From the NCBI GenBank assembly GCA_040437565.1, contig JBDOQK010000061.1, positions 124,001 to 188,000 of the forward strand: 64,000 nucleotides of DNA, written 5' to 3'. The notes beneath the pieces are model-generated. The model did no database searches, was not told where the DNA came from, and saw only the letters and a program-made list of their open reading frames with translations. Below are positions 18,490 to 31,189 of this stretch, piece after piece; position 1 is the first letter of the stretch, and each line of letters opens with the position of its first letter. This stretch comes from Albugo candida. Taxonomy: Eukaryota. The position numbers were made by a program, and so were the translations under genes.

Positions 18490-20044
18490 AACACCACATG
18501 ACTTTTCAGTGCACTCCAATCTGGCATCTCCATGTTCACCATGTATGCCTCAATAAAATTGCGTCGGTATAAGGTCGACGTATAAGCGTTGTAGAGTTAG
18601 TCGAATGGAAGATCTCACCTACATAGGTAGCTCACAAGATCACGTCAGAGACTTCCTTCTATACAGACTACGACATGAATGTACCTCTCTTTTCAGTAAG
18701 CCCAGTACGGGAAGGTAATAACCGCCGCAACAACTTTTACAGAATAATAATTACATTCTTGTGTGCATTCATACGAGGCGCATCTTTCTCAATGAGAAGC
18801 AACAAGTGCACAAATAGGCAAACGCTTTTGAGAGAAACATAAAAAGTAGTCCAAAAGGGGCACACAAAAATGGTGACATGAAAAAGTCGATTACAGCCAA
18901 TATTCAATTAAGGTGATTTTACATTTCCTCGAAACTAGTTGTTTGAATACTTGTATAAAAGTGGAACACTTGCTGGCAACGATTATTGTCGGAACGCTTC
19001 GCATCGCTAGCTATTTGTTTTGCACTTTAAGTGATATACAAACTAGCTTCGCCACTTATAATATTTTTTTCTCGTAAATCAATTGACCATTTCCTCCACT
19101 TTATGCAAACTTGGCTAATTTCTTGTGTACAAGACTTTAGCTCGCCAGCCGTTTCGAGACGCATAAAGATGTCAATAGAGTCGCACAAAAGATAACACTG
19201 CAAATAACTTCTTGAGCTCGAGGTATACTCGCTCTTCGCCTATATTATGTTGCAGTCCCCATAAGATCTTACATCAATGGCCGTCTTCAACTTATTGCCA
19301 TTGCATCTAATATATATTTGTTACAAAACGCCACCGTTTCGTATTATCTTTTTTTGCACAAAAGCTTCTCTTGACACAATTCTGCATCTGCAGTTGGCTG
19401 AACGCCCACGATAATGCACTATAAGCAAGGTAGTGCCCGAAACTGGAACAATTAGCGTCTTTCGGAATTGTTTCCCTTGTTAGAGTCGCAGTAACCTTCA
19501 AAAACGTTTTTCAAATATTGACTTGCTGCCTCGTCTCGCTACTACAAAATTCCTTGGCTTTTAATGTAAATAAGGACCCTGAGTTTTCCCTTGCGGGGCT
19601 GACGTGCTGCTCTGTGAAATTTTCCAGGTTGCGATTCAATTATTTGAAAGAAATGCAAGCTAAGGTCTGTTACATGTCACCAATGAGCTAACAAGGTCTC
19701 GACATGGAAATATCTTTTAATTTGCAGGCTCTTGTTTTTTATATTGCATATCTGCATCATCCGTAGTCAAACGTGTCATACCACCGCATTTCTACTCGAA
19801 TGAATGCTACTGAACTCTCCCTTAGCTTCGATGCTATGTGTCACATACGGCTTCCGAGCTTGCAGAAGATTTTCAGCGTTGATCATCGCAAGACCAAGCA
19901 AATTTACGAGTACATCAGGTAGGTTTGAAATCATTACCGTACTTAAGATACTCGGGTTTGTTTCCCATACGGTAGCCAATCATCACTTCATACGGGACAC
20001 ACGGGTTTTCGAACACACCAATCATCGAAGGATTTATAAAAAAC

Positions 20045-22043
20045 AAGAATCCTTATCCAGCCCCCACCCCCCATGAATTAATAGATTGATTGGCGTCTGA
20101 TTGGTCTGAGTAAATGCAACGAAATAAATACAATAAAAGCACAAAAAAGAATTTGGTTTCTACAATTTTTGTATTACTTAATCTGATCTATATTCAAATC
20201 TACTGCTGCACGTGTTGTTGGTGTTGTTGGCGTACTAGTCACCAATGCTGCTCAAAATCATGTAGAGACAGTGGTCTCATTTCATGACGGAAAGCATGGG
20301 CGCAAGGATAGCCCATTGTGGATGTCAACAAGCCTACAAGTAAATTGAAGTTGCAGTTAGTTGCAGTAAATGACTTTTGGTCGAAAATACTTGCACTAGC
20401 CATAGTCTATAGAACTTGTAAATCTCGTTCATCACTAATCCGCTGTTGGTTCTACCGATGAGCTTCGCGCAGTCCTGCACATAACCTTTGAGAGCATGGC
20501 ACCAAGCTGCATTTTGCTGCACAATGACAGCAAGCAAGCCTTCGCAGGCAAAGGGAATGCTGAATCCACGGAGTAGATCACCTGCAGTGAATAAATTGTC
20601 AGATGAATATGACTTTTCCAGCACAGCCAGCATACAATAGAACTTTCTGCTGCCGCAAAGAGCCTTTTTTGAGAGCAGCATGGGAGCTCTTCGCCCAGAT
20701 GCTGTTACAAGCCCATTATGACGCCTATTGTGAAGGAAAGAAGCAGCAAACGGATCCTTGTAAACCATACAACTGTCTCAAGGTAGCTCATTGAAGCTGC
20801 AGGGAAGGTGGGATGCCTAACTGAGAGGTGGTGCTCAAAAACTGCAATGGCTGTGGCGGCAACAAGCTGGTTCCAGGCTTGATTAAAGTTTTATCTGGCT
20901 TCTGAGGTTTAAAATGTTGTCCTTTGCTTGGCAAGAATGTTCTCTTGTATATGCGACCGGCAAAGCAAGAAAGATATACCAGAAAACATCTCTGACAACG
21001 CCCTCATCAGTGCAAGCGCCCGATCTGCGTTAAAGATGAGTGGTGCATGTTGTAGACCATATCCTCCTGGAAGATTTCTTCGTGATGGTGCATTGCCTAT
21101 AAGTAGTCTGCCGAAGTCTCGTTCCTCATGATGCAGTATGCGAAGGGGAAGGGCCAATGTGTTGCTGTGATGCCAATAATATGGAGAAGAGAGAGTCCAT
21201 ATCTCCTGGTTTTATAGGTAGCATTATTATTACTAATAAGCCAGACTCGACCAGAACTGTACTTTTTGCAATTCTACTTTGAAAAAGGTGAGATATTAGC
21301 AGGTGATCTAACTGCTGCAGAGCATCAACTGAAAGAAGTAGTCACCGAGAGCAAGTTAATCTAATAAAGCTACCAGTGCAGATCGACCTGCGAGCATACA
21401 AATCCGTTATGCATGACGCAAGCCGAAGATATCTTGAGCTGCGGCCATACCGTTGTGGTTTTGGCGCAGTAAAGTGACAATACGGCCAGGTATCACACCA
21501 TAGCGACCCAGCATCAAGACTGATTGGCAGATTTCCTCTTTTGAATCGCTCTCTGTCGGCTGCGTAGACTGGTGAGCAATGTGAGCATAATTCTGCTCTC
21601 CATTGTCAACTTGCACTGGCCATTGACCAGATTCTTGTCGGCGTAAGCTGGTCTTGAACAAACACGCGATACTACGGCAGGAAGACACGCGTTGACGAGT
21701 CTACACGCACCACTGGAGGATTTAATTGGGAGAAGGCAAGACTCAAAGCTTTCACTTCTCATTCTGCCTAGTTACTATCTTTTTTGTGCGTTTGACAACA
21801 GCAGCATAGCCGTCTTGTTCTAAATGGTCATCGATTCCTGTCTTTATCTGTTCCATTGAAGCGTAGGAAAGTGTAGGGGGAGGAGGGTGGTGCAAGGCTG
21901 TTTATTGTGGTCTTTAGAGGAGATAAAATTGTGGTTCTATTTCTTCCGTTACATTTTTTCAGACCAATCAGAGGCACGATTTCCAGTCAAGCTATACAAT
22001 CTGCGCTTATTGTAGAAAAGTTGGAGGCTGAATAACGATTCCC
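20045..22043 (-). mobile_element. Mutator-like (MULE/FAR1-type) DNA transposon, degenerate
   Basis: Inverted ends AAGAATCCTTATCCAGCCCCCA and TGGAGGCTGAATAACGATTCCC. Transposase remnants YKTRRYGLSLLHIIG, ADRALALMRAL...LLCRSHIQENI and a SWIM-like MGYPCAHA. Homologous to 25503-26225 and 54512-55915. Confidence 0.85.
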
Positions 22044-22058
22044 TTAGCTTAATATATA

Positions 22059-24866
22059 CGGTGCATGACACTTGAAACCAGCAAACCCTGATTTTGAAAG
22101 GCCAATTTTCGGATCATATTACCCTATAATGTTGTCGCTGCTGATTGGCTAAAAGTACATCGTAAACAATCGTCCTTGCCCTGACCTAGGCTCAGTCATC
22201 GCCACTAACTACTTACCCGCTTGAAACCTCAACCATCAACCTGCATTCCGACAAATATCGTANNNNNNNNNNNNNNNNNNNNNNNNNNNNNNNNNNNNNN
22301 NNNNNNNNNNNNNNNNNNNNNNNNNNNNNNNNNNNNNNNNNNNNNNNNNNNNNNNNNNNNNNGATTGGCTAAAAGTACATCGTAAACAATCGTCCTTGCC
22401 CTGACCTAGGCTCAGTCATCGCCACTAACTACTTACCCGCTTGAAACCTCAACCATCAACCTGCATTCCGACAAATATCGTAAAATTATGCCTCGCCTAA
22501 ATAAGTTAAAAAGGCAGATGCGGGAAATGAGAGAGGTCAAGCGCGCCAAAACCGATAACAGCTCAAGCCTTTATTTTGTCTACTGAAAGCAGTTCTGGAG
22601 AAGACCTGGATGTTTCGGAGGGCAATGATGACGAAAATCTCGACTTCGCATCTGTTAAAGCAAATATTGGAAGAGCCTATCAAGCAGCTTTTGTAGTTCT
22701 ACCGTTACCAGGATTAAACCATAACAGGCCAATCCAATATACAGGTGGTGCACCTCGAACTCAAAGAAGGAAAAGAGCCGAACTGAAGAAGGCTTCTGTG
22801 GCTGTAATCTTTTAACCAAATAATTTGCTGTTGCAGGACCTGTTTTGCAAGAAGCTGAGGTTACGGATGAGGGTGACAAATAGGATGACGACGAGGATGG
22901 TGCAGTCTGGAGAAGGGAGAGGCTGACAACCACCATTAACACACTCGCCACCCGAGCAAAGACTGGAAAAGCCGAGCAAAACCGGCGACTTGCAGTTCTT
23001 TCTTATCTTCAGCTGGTAAAATCTGGATATGCGCGAATAGCAGCTAGCACCCTGATAGCGGAAGGTGCTGGGAGGGGTGTGTATTTTGCGCGCTCTCTGC
23101 GTGCTTGGGCAGCACTCTGTCTAGAGGGCGAAGAATTGCCTTTGTCGCAGACGGGAAAACATGAAAAAACGGCGAAGCTACCGCAGGATGAGGACTGCAT
23201 TCTACCGTATCAGGAGTATCTTCGAGCGAACAAGTTCAAGATAAAAGTATCAGATCTGACAGAACATGTCAACACGAACATCCTTCCACGACTTGGATAC
23301 GCCCCATCTCCCACAATCTCTGAAAGGACTGCTACACGCTGGCTCCATTCACAGGACATCAAATACCGCACAGTAACTAAAGGAATATACATTGACGGTC
23401 ATGAGCGGGAGGATGTTATTGCGTACCGGCAACAATTCCTGGATCGAATGGCCGACCTTGAGGCGCGGATGCCTACTGTTGTTGGGAAGGAGGAAGTCGA
23501 TGGTAACAATGAGTTCACTGCAATCACCTGGCCCCCTGATGGCATTCGTCCACTCATCTTGGTAACTCATGATGAGAGTACTTTTGCCGCTCATGATGGA
23601 CTGAAGCGTCTTTGGTTGCCAGACTGTGAACAAAAATAGGGACAGGGCAGGTCCATTTACGTCAGCGACTTCCTTTGCAACATCATAGGCCGGTCAGAAC
23701 ATGATGAAGAAAAGGCTGCTCAGCATCCTGACCTACAAGCAGCGGCCTGTATTATCATGCAACCTGGCACGCAGCATGACGGATGGTGGACATCGGAAAA
23801 ACTGTGCAAACAAGTCTGTGACTTGGCTATCCCAATCTTCGAAGCTCAATTTCCCGGCTGTCAAGCTCTTTTTGCCTTCGACAATGGAACTGGACACAGT
23901 GCATTCGCCCCCGATACCCTTCGCGCTGGCACAATGAACTTGTCAAGTGTAGGCAAGCAGCCAAAGATGCGTGCAGCAACTTGGGGACACGGAGTCTCTC
24001 AGGATTTGTTTTTTGCTTATGACCATCCTGATGAAACGCACCGTGGTCAGGCAAAGGGACTGAAAGTTGTGCTGGAGGAACGTGGGCTGTGAGAAGCTGG
24101 CCTGAAGGCGCGATGCAAAATATATCCTGTAGATGGCGCAACCTTTGCTGCGCCAGGAAAATTATGGCCGATAAATCAGACTACAAAGCACAAGTAGGAA
24201 TGAAAGAGGAGCGAATTGTTGCCGCTGGTAATCAAGTGATATTTTACCCGAAATTTCACTGCGAGCTCAACTACATCGAAAACTTTTGGGCAGCCGCTAA
24301 GCGATACGCCAGAAAACACTGCAATTACACTTGGAAAAATTTACTCGTAACAGGTTCAGCTGCCTTGGCATCTGTTGCACTGGACGAGATACGTCGACAC
24401 TCACCTAAAGCTTTGCGATCCATGGACGTTTACCGAAAAGGTCTCACCGGAAAAGAAGCAGAGTATGCGGTGAAAAAGTACAAATCCCACCGACGTGTAC
24501 TCAATTCTGTTTTGATGGATGTGGGTGTTATGACAAGATAAGTAGCACCTTTATTGACAGTTTCCTGCAAAACTGATATTATTCTTCGAAACATAATATT
24601 ATCCTGCAAAAAATAATATTCGACAGAATATTTTAGGCGGCCAAATTTTCTCCAACCCTAGAAAAATGCCAAAATTCAGACGACTTTGCACCGCTACTGC
24701 TCCATGAAAAGTTGAGAGAATAAAAATCCGAGATTTTTGAAGGGAAGCTTAAAGCATGCTCTTTGTTGCCAAAGGCTTGTTTTCTGTGTAATTTGTATTT
24801 TGGCCAAGCCTTAGCGATTCTTGCAGGGTTACTAAAGTTGCTGGTTTTAAAAAGTGACATGCACCA
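22059..24866 (+). mobile_element. IS630/Tc1/mariner-superfamily DNA transposon with disrupted DDE transposase (~22488-24541)
   Basis: Imperfect TIRs (CGGTGCATGACACTTGAAACCAGCAA / TTGCTGGTTTTAAAAAGTGACATGCACCA) with TA on both sides. Transposase motifs TISERTATRWL, YIDGHEREDV, LVTHDESTF, FAFDNGTGH and FYPKFHCELNYIENFW. Stops and frameshifts present. Confidence 0.85.
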
Positions 24867-24974
24867 TATTTTGGGAACCGTTATTCAGCCCCCACCTTTT
24901 CTTTAATCAGCCCGCAGCCTCCATAAATTAATAAAAAGCGTGCCTTCTGATTGGTTTATATAAAAATAAATAAA

Positions 24975-25483
24975 GGGAACCGTTATAATTTCCTTAGTGC
25001 GTTAGGTAAAATCCTCTCAGTTTGATATGATTAGCTAATGTTCGAGCTGTTTCGATATGATTGGCCAAATTTCGAGACTGAGAATTCAACCATATCGACT
25101 GCGAAAGAAGCTATCATTCTCACCCGGAAACCATCTTTAAAAAACAAGTTTACAGAACATAAGGTTCTTATGTCATAAATGACCCATACACAGTGAATCA
25201 TTAGGTCTCCGTTTACAGAATAGAATAGTTTTGTGTTATCAACAAACCGTGAACTGCGAAATAGTCTAACAACAATGAGCTACACGAACAAAAGCGAACG
25301 CTGCTTGAGCTGAGTGATTGCAAAATTGAGCGCAAGATAGTTGACGTCCAAAATTTAGCGGGCAGTGCTATCATATTGTCCCTTACCTAGGCGTACGTTA
25401 GCACTATGCAAGCATAAAATTAGTCAATCATATCAAACTGAGAAGATTATAACAAAAGCACTTAGAGGATTTTAACGGTTCCC
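24975..25483. mobile_element. MITE with GGGAACCGTTA termini and an 8-bp TSD
   Basis: Inverted arms GGGAACCGTTA...TCCTCTCAGTTTGATATGATT and AATCATATCAAACTGAGA...TAACGGTTCCC. TAAATAAA occurs at 24967-24974 and 25484-25491. Confidence 0.85.
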
Positions 25484-25502
25484 TAAATAAAATAAAAATT
25501 AC

Positions 25503-26225
25503 GGGAATCATTATTCAGCCTCCACCCTCCATAAATTAATGTCGATCGTGGCCTTTGATTGGTCTTAATAAGTGCAACGGAATAAAAAATAATAGTCGTG
25601 AAAAAGACTTCGCTTTCAGCAAATTTTGTACTTCTTGATGTAAGTCTATATCTAAATCTACTGCTGCAGGCGTTGTTGGTGCTGTTGATGCTGCTGGTGT
25701 ACCAGCCACCAATGCTGATCAAAATCATTAACAGACAGTGATACCACTTGATGACGAAAAACATGGGCGCAAGGATAGCCCATTGTGAATGTCAACAAGC
25801 CTATAAGTAGATTGAAGTTGCAGTCACTTGCAATTAATGCCACATAGTCGCAATTCATTGTACTTGATCAGATTCTTCAAAAAGTTGAAAGTCTCGGTCA
25901 TCACTAAGCCGCTGCTGGTATTTTAGATGAGCTGCGCGCAAAAAAATCTTTCCATCACCTTCAAAAGCATGAAACCAAGCTGCATTTTGGACTATAGCTT
26001 GCTGCTTTGAATTTGCTGCACAGTGACAGCAAGCTAGCTTTTGCAGACGAGGCAAACTGCTGAATCCACTGAGAGTAGATCCACCTACGATAAATGAATA
26101 GTCAGATGAATATGACTGCTGACAGCATACAATACAACTTAACTATTAACACAGAAATACATTTTTGGAGTACAAAATTTGTAATCTATTACATTATGGA
26201 GGGTGGGGGCTGAGTAACAATTCCC
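25503..26225 (-). mobile_element. Internally deleted Mutator-like element retaining the transposase 3' part
   Basis: TIRs GGGAATCATTATTCAGCCTCCACCCTCCATAA / TTATGGAGGGTGGGGGCTGAGTAACAATTCCC. Remnant MGYPCAHVF...DFDQHWW is homologous to 20200-20640 and 54990-55480. Confidence 0.8.
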
Positions 26226-26399
26226 GTAATTTTTCCTTAATTTATTCTGTTATTTTTACATGAACCAATCAGAAGCCACGCTGTTCATTAATCTACGGAA
26301 GCTGGGGCCTGATTAGAGAAGAGGTGGGAGCTGAATAACGATTCCCTACATTTTTTATGAATCCAAAAATAAATCCACTAAAAATGCCAAAAACTTTCT

Positions 26400-27060
26400 C
26401 CACAGTACTTTATCTGATGGATGTTGATAGATTGACCAATTTGCTCCACCTGCACACCCAATTGCGTGCCCAACGGGCTTCGATCATATAAGCCATAATT
26501 TTGTCAAGATACTAAAGTATTTTTTGCTCGACCTCTAAATTTCTGGCTGACAAAATGATGTCGTTCACCAAGAGCAGAATGTAAATTTGCCATCACAATT
26601 GTACAAATAGAGACAAGATTTTGTCTAACATGGCTTGAATACATAGTTAGAAAACCAGAAAACTACTTCAGTGCTCCACTCTCTTCCAGATTGAGATAAT
26701 TATCAAAGTGCTTTGTTAATGACGAAAAGCATTTCTTTGTTGTCGCACGATTAAGCCTCGACTTCTTGCAGGTATTGATTGATGCTTAGGAAAGCATTAA
26801 GATTAGGGATAGAGATGCGATACTTCTTTAGGTCCCATTGAAATACAGTGTTTCACACGTGACAACCACAACGATGTTGATGTAACCCTTATAGATTACA
26901 AGATACTATACGGTGCACACCGCGAAAAGCATTTTGAATGTAGCCATGCGTGCCACAGGGGAGAAAGTGTCCTTAGAGTGGGTTCTAGGCCGCTATGTGT
27001 CCCCTCAAACCACAACTCGTGCCTTGATCTGCACCACGTAGCCAAATTGGTCTGTCCTCG
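26400..27060 (-). mobile_element. Ty1/copia reverse transcriptase fragment, highly degenerate
   Basis: The - strand translation KDTFSPVARMATFKMLFAVCT (~26910-26975) is the copia RT TFSPVAR motif. No LTRs found. Confidence 0.65.
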
Positions 27061-27830
27061 AATCGAAAACCTAATTTTCTACCCAATGATCATGGAATCA
27101 ATTTCTCTTCTTCGTTGGCTTTCAATGCCTCCATTTAGGTATCCATATATCATAGCACTTAGATCTCATAGCTCGCCGGGGTAACTGTTAGATATATTGA
27201 GGTCGCTTATGTAATTCACATTTTTCACGACGATATGTGTAGGTTCTTCAAATGCTGAATACACTTTGCAATATCCAAACCTTATAGGACCATTCAAAAT
27301 AATATAGTCACATATCGTTCTGCTTTGGCGTCGACACCTTGAGCGAAGACTCAAATCGTTGTCTTCCAATCTATAGACTTCGGGCTGTCTTCAAGTACCC
27401 CTGCACGCTGTGACGTAAGTATCAAAATGTTAGAATCTTTATCAAGTAGGTTGGCAATCATTCCATCACAGCTTCAATTTTTTACACGTTTGATGCTGAT
27501 GATCTAAATTTTATTTCACTACATTATAACATGGCAGTACCCGAACGTAATCGCCCTCATCTTCCCTTCCGAGTCGGAGCAATCTCTTTCTTGATGATCT
27601 TCACGAAAATCATACAATCATTATTTCTAATTTTAGTAGCTGTTATGCTGACCAACAAGAAAGAATTGATTCTTGACGTGCTCGGTGCCACCTTGCGTAC
27701 TCTGACTCCTTTTGCGTTGCTTGTTACCAAAGACAAGAATTTTCCAGTATTCGTTCGTGGTTCTGCGGAAATAATTAATGTCCTCAGGAGTGTACTTTGT
27801 CATATTAGTGCTAAGTCGTAACTTATCTTA

Positions 27831-29160
27831 GGGTTTGACTATTGCAACAGACCTTTTGACTAAGAGTTTGACTACCACAGACGTTTTGACTAATGCCACA
27901 GACAAAACACCTCAATTGGCTAATTTGAGTAACGTCAATATGATTGGTCAATAAGGTAGCTATATAACTGCTTCAACGTAAGATATGTTATATAATGCAA
28001 TGTTCTCTAGATCGGAAATCTGATACACAAACAAAGTCGATGACGGTCCTTAAAATACGACTCTGAACCCGAGGTAAAAATAAAACATGGTCAGGTTATC
28101 AATCTCTGCACCTTTGGTCCGGGTCTTCTTAAACATATCGCCATTAAACCTTCTTCTGAAGCTAGTTGCTTTATCAACTCTGCGGTAGTACGTTTAAGAA
28201 TCCTTCTAGAATAGCTCACTTGTTGTCACTCACATGATATACATGTGCGTGTTTAAACACCATTCCCCGACAGACATGGTCAAGCAGTATATCAAAAATC
28301 GTGAGAATTTGGATCGGAATTGCCACATGCACATCGAGAAAGATTATTATCCAATTTTCACAGAAAGTCGAAAAACTGCACAACCTTCGTGTGTAGTAGC
28401 TNNNNNNNNNNNNNNNNNNNNNNNNNNNNNNNNNNNNNNNNNNNNNNNNNNNNNNNNNNNNNNNNNNNNNNNNNNNNNNNNNNNNNNNNNNNNNNNNNNN
28501 NGTGTTTAAACACCATTCCCCGACAGACATGGTCAAGCAGTATATCAAAAATCGTGAGAATTTGGATCGGAATTGCCACATGCACATCGAGAAAGATTAT
28601 TATCCAATTTTCACAGAAAGTCGAAAAACTGCACAACCTTCGTGTGTAGTAGCTCCAATCGACGTTATAAGCACGACGACGGAATAGAAATTGGTGCGAG
28701 GGGACAGAATGAGAATTCGTGGTAGCGCATTAACGCATAATTTCCCATTCTCTTCTCTTCATAAACTTTAACAAATGCGAACTTTGAAGACTGAAGCTGC
28801 GAAAGCTAACTGATATTAATCTGCGACCAGTTTTCTGATGGTGCTTCATGCTTCATCGCGAAGCATGTTTGGCGCGATGCCTAGGCTATTTAGAATAACA
28901 AATATATCTTGGAAATTTATTTCGAATATTCGAATAATCTGGGCAAATAAGAAAAGAAATGATGTTTAAGTGAACATATTCAGCGCCGGTATTATCCTAT
29001 TTTTTTGACTGAAATGGAGAAGTATCATAGTATATTTTATACGTTGAAGCAGTGATATAGCTACCTTGTCGATCAATCATGTTAACGTTACACAAATTAG
29101 CCAAGCAGAAGTGTTTTGTCTGTGGCATTGGCCAAAACGTCTGTGGCAATAGTCACACCC
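27831..29160. mobile_element. Non-autonomous TIR element (GGG...CCC termini, ~100-120-bp TIRs; possibly Mutator-like)
   Basis: Left arm GGGTTTGACTATTGC...CACAGACGTTTTGACTAATGCCACAGACAAAACAC...TTGGCTAATTTG is inverted with the right arm CAAATTAGCCAA...GTGTTTTGTCTGTGGCATTGGCCAAAACGTCTGTGGCAATAGTCACACCC. Flanks CTTATCTTA / TTCCTCTTA may be a decayed 9-bp TSD. Confidence 0.8.
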
Positions 29161-29699
29161 TTCCTCTTAGCACGTCTCTGCTGGCAGACTTCGCAACATG
29201 CGATACACCTTCTTCAATTAATTACAGGTTGAGCCTAGATTCAGCCTTTCAATCACAAAACTTGTAAATATAGCTTCATGGTGACCTATCCATGCAGGTG
29301 AGTCCTTTTTAGCTTATCCTGCACGCGATATAACTTCTGCACAGTCATAGAAGACTTTTGCTCGCCCTCGTAGTAGATCGATACGAGTCCATCCCTCATC
29401 ATCACGTTAGTACTTTGCACCATAATACGCTTCGCAAGCTTCATCGAAAGGATACCTTCGCCACTAAAAGTCACGTATAGGCATTCCTTGCCAATAGCTA
29501 TATGGTTCAGTAAGCTTCAATCAGATGCGTTAATCATGACATACTTGTAGAGTACGAGTACAGAAGTCCCCGTTACAGCGTCCCGGAATTTTTGTAAATA
29601 CAATATTGAAGTCCTTGCGCTAGACTTCTTCACTCTCGGAGTGTGCTCGATTGATATATAATTGATTTGTGTGTCGAAGAGGACGCATAGCACCACGTA

Positions 29700-30750
29700 G
29701 TCTTTGGATAATTGAGAACGACTCAAAAGATACACTTGAAAAGAAATTGATCCCCAAATTGTACAAGTTTACTACATTGCTTCTTTCTACGACATTTCAT
29801 CGAACGGCGTATTCAACTTGTTGAAGCTGTGTCAAATGCAGATAAGGATTATTTCCGCAGATGTAGCATGCTCAACTTTCAATTCAGCTCATATGGGACA
29901 AAGAGATAAGATGCCGAAAAAGACCGAGAAGATAATCGATTGTGGAACATGACAAGCACAAAACGTATTGAGTGGATGGTCTGTGCGAAAAGGGTGCCAA
30001 GTGAAGAAGCGGAATTATAGATTGCTATTCCCACAATCATAGCACACGCCAACATTTCTGAGCCCAAAAGCGAGCCAGAAATTTGACGACTCGTTACGCG
30101 TCTTACCATTTCTAATTTTTGAAAAGTAAAGCTAGGCAATAGACCTTATTCCTGAGTTACGCCATCCCTAAATAAGGAACAGCGAATACCGCTCGTATCG
30201 CCTTGTGTTACTCCAACGTTTTGAAGAGCATCATCATCGTCGTAGGAACTTCGCTCGATAAGCGCTTCTGCAAGGGAGAAGCGGTAAGGATTCCGAATAA
30301 TGTATCTGCCTTCTGTATCCATATATACTTAGCGTCAATATATTCTAGCATGCTTCTTATCCTGTAGGAATAACATTACTATGACATCCTGTAATTTATG
30401 GACTCAATCCAAAGTTTCTATTGGTCCATTATGGCGCTGCTAGATAACGACCCTTGCTGCGGCCCTCGCATTTTTCCGTCTCTTCGAGTTTTCTGGAATG
30501 ACGTGAACAAAATACTACATAATTTTGATTATCTCTAGATTCATTTCGCTGATCAATTACCTCGTATAGATACGATGAGCTCTCTAACAATAAGATAAAC
30601 AGTGTAATCCAGCAAAGACGGAAATAAACAAGCCACATCTAAGGTGAACGGACCGATAATCAGCAGTCTACAATGGATTAAGTTGGACGTTGAACCATTC
30701 TAGCAATACAATACTAGAGATGCGAGCATCGATTTACTCACTCTCCCGAG
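29700..30750 (-). mobile_element. Possible very old non-LTR reverse transcriptase remnant
   Basis: The - strand reads NVGVTQGD at ~30195-30220, resembling the RT GVxQG motif. The other motifs are barely recognisable. Confidence 0.3.
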
Positions 30751-31189
30751 AAGATTCGGTCGCATTCGCCGGAATAAAAACGTAATCTTCACGAGGCATA
30801 CCCGCAGATTCTCAAATGCCGGTAAAGTATGTTTTTTGTTTATGCGAATATGACCATTTTGCTTGAACAGAGCTAAGACTACTAACGAGGTCAATTAATA
30901 TTTATACCCTACTGTTTTTACTACAAGCGAAAGCGATAGGCTGATGGACTTTGACTTCAGTGCAAGATTATTTGTGTTCACCAAGTCTTTTCTGAGTTAT
31001 TCACCTGGAAAAGTTGAGATATGTCTGAACCAAAATCATGTAATAGGCCAGTAGAGGAGGAATGTCGGGTTATACTGAAAGCAAAATCCAGCTAATAGCG
31101 TGAGAAGTTTGATGCATTCTATTTCAGATGAAGGCTTTGTAACGGTATTGCACGTCGGCTGTTTTGAGTGATGCGTGCAAGAGGTGCTA

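Larger units (their letters stand above)
24873..26346. mobile_element. Non-autonomous Mutator-like element with ~100-bp TIRs carrying two nested elements
   Basis: GGGAACCGTTATTCAGCCCCCACCTTTTCTTTAATCAG is inverted with CTGATTAGAGAAGAGGTGGGAGCTGAATAACGATTCCC. Confidence 0.8.

Noticed and set aside
13755..18494. 5-bp TSD for copia element 1
   Set aside because: The flanks ACCAA and AACAC match at only 3 of 5 positions.
18570..18640. PIF1/Helitron helicase C-terminal motif (CRVSRMEDLTYIG)
   Set aside because: A single weak resemblance; no TIHKSQG or other helicase motif nearby.
22059..24866. Fanzor/TnpB RNA-guided nuclease carried by the Tc1/mariner-type element
   Set aside because: The transposase fills the space between the TIRs, and I see no second ORF with RuvC or zinc-finger motifs.
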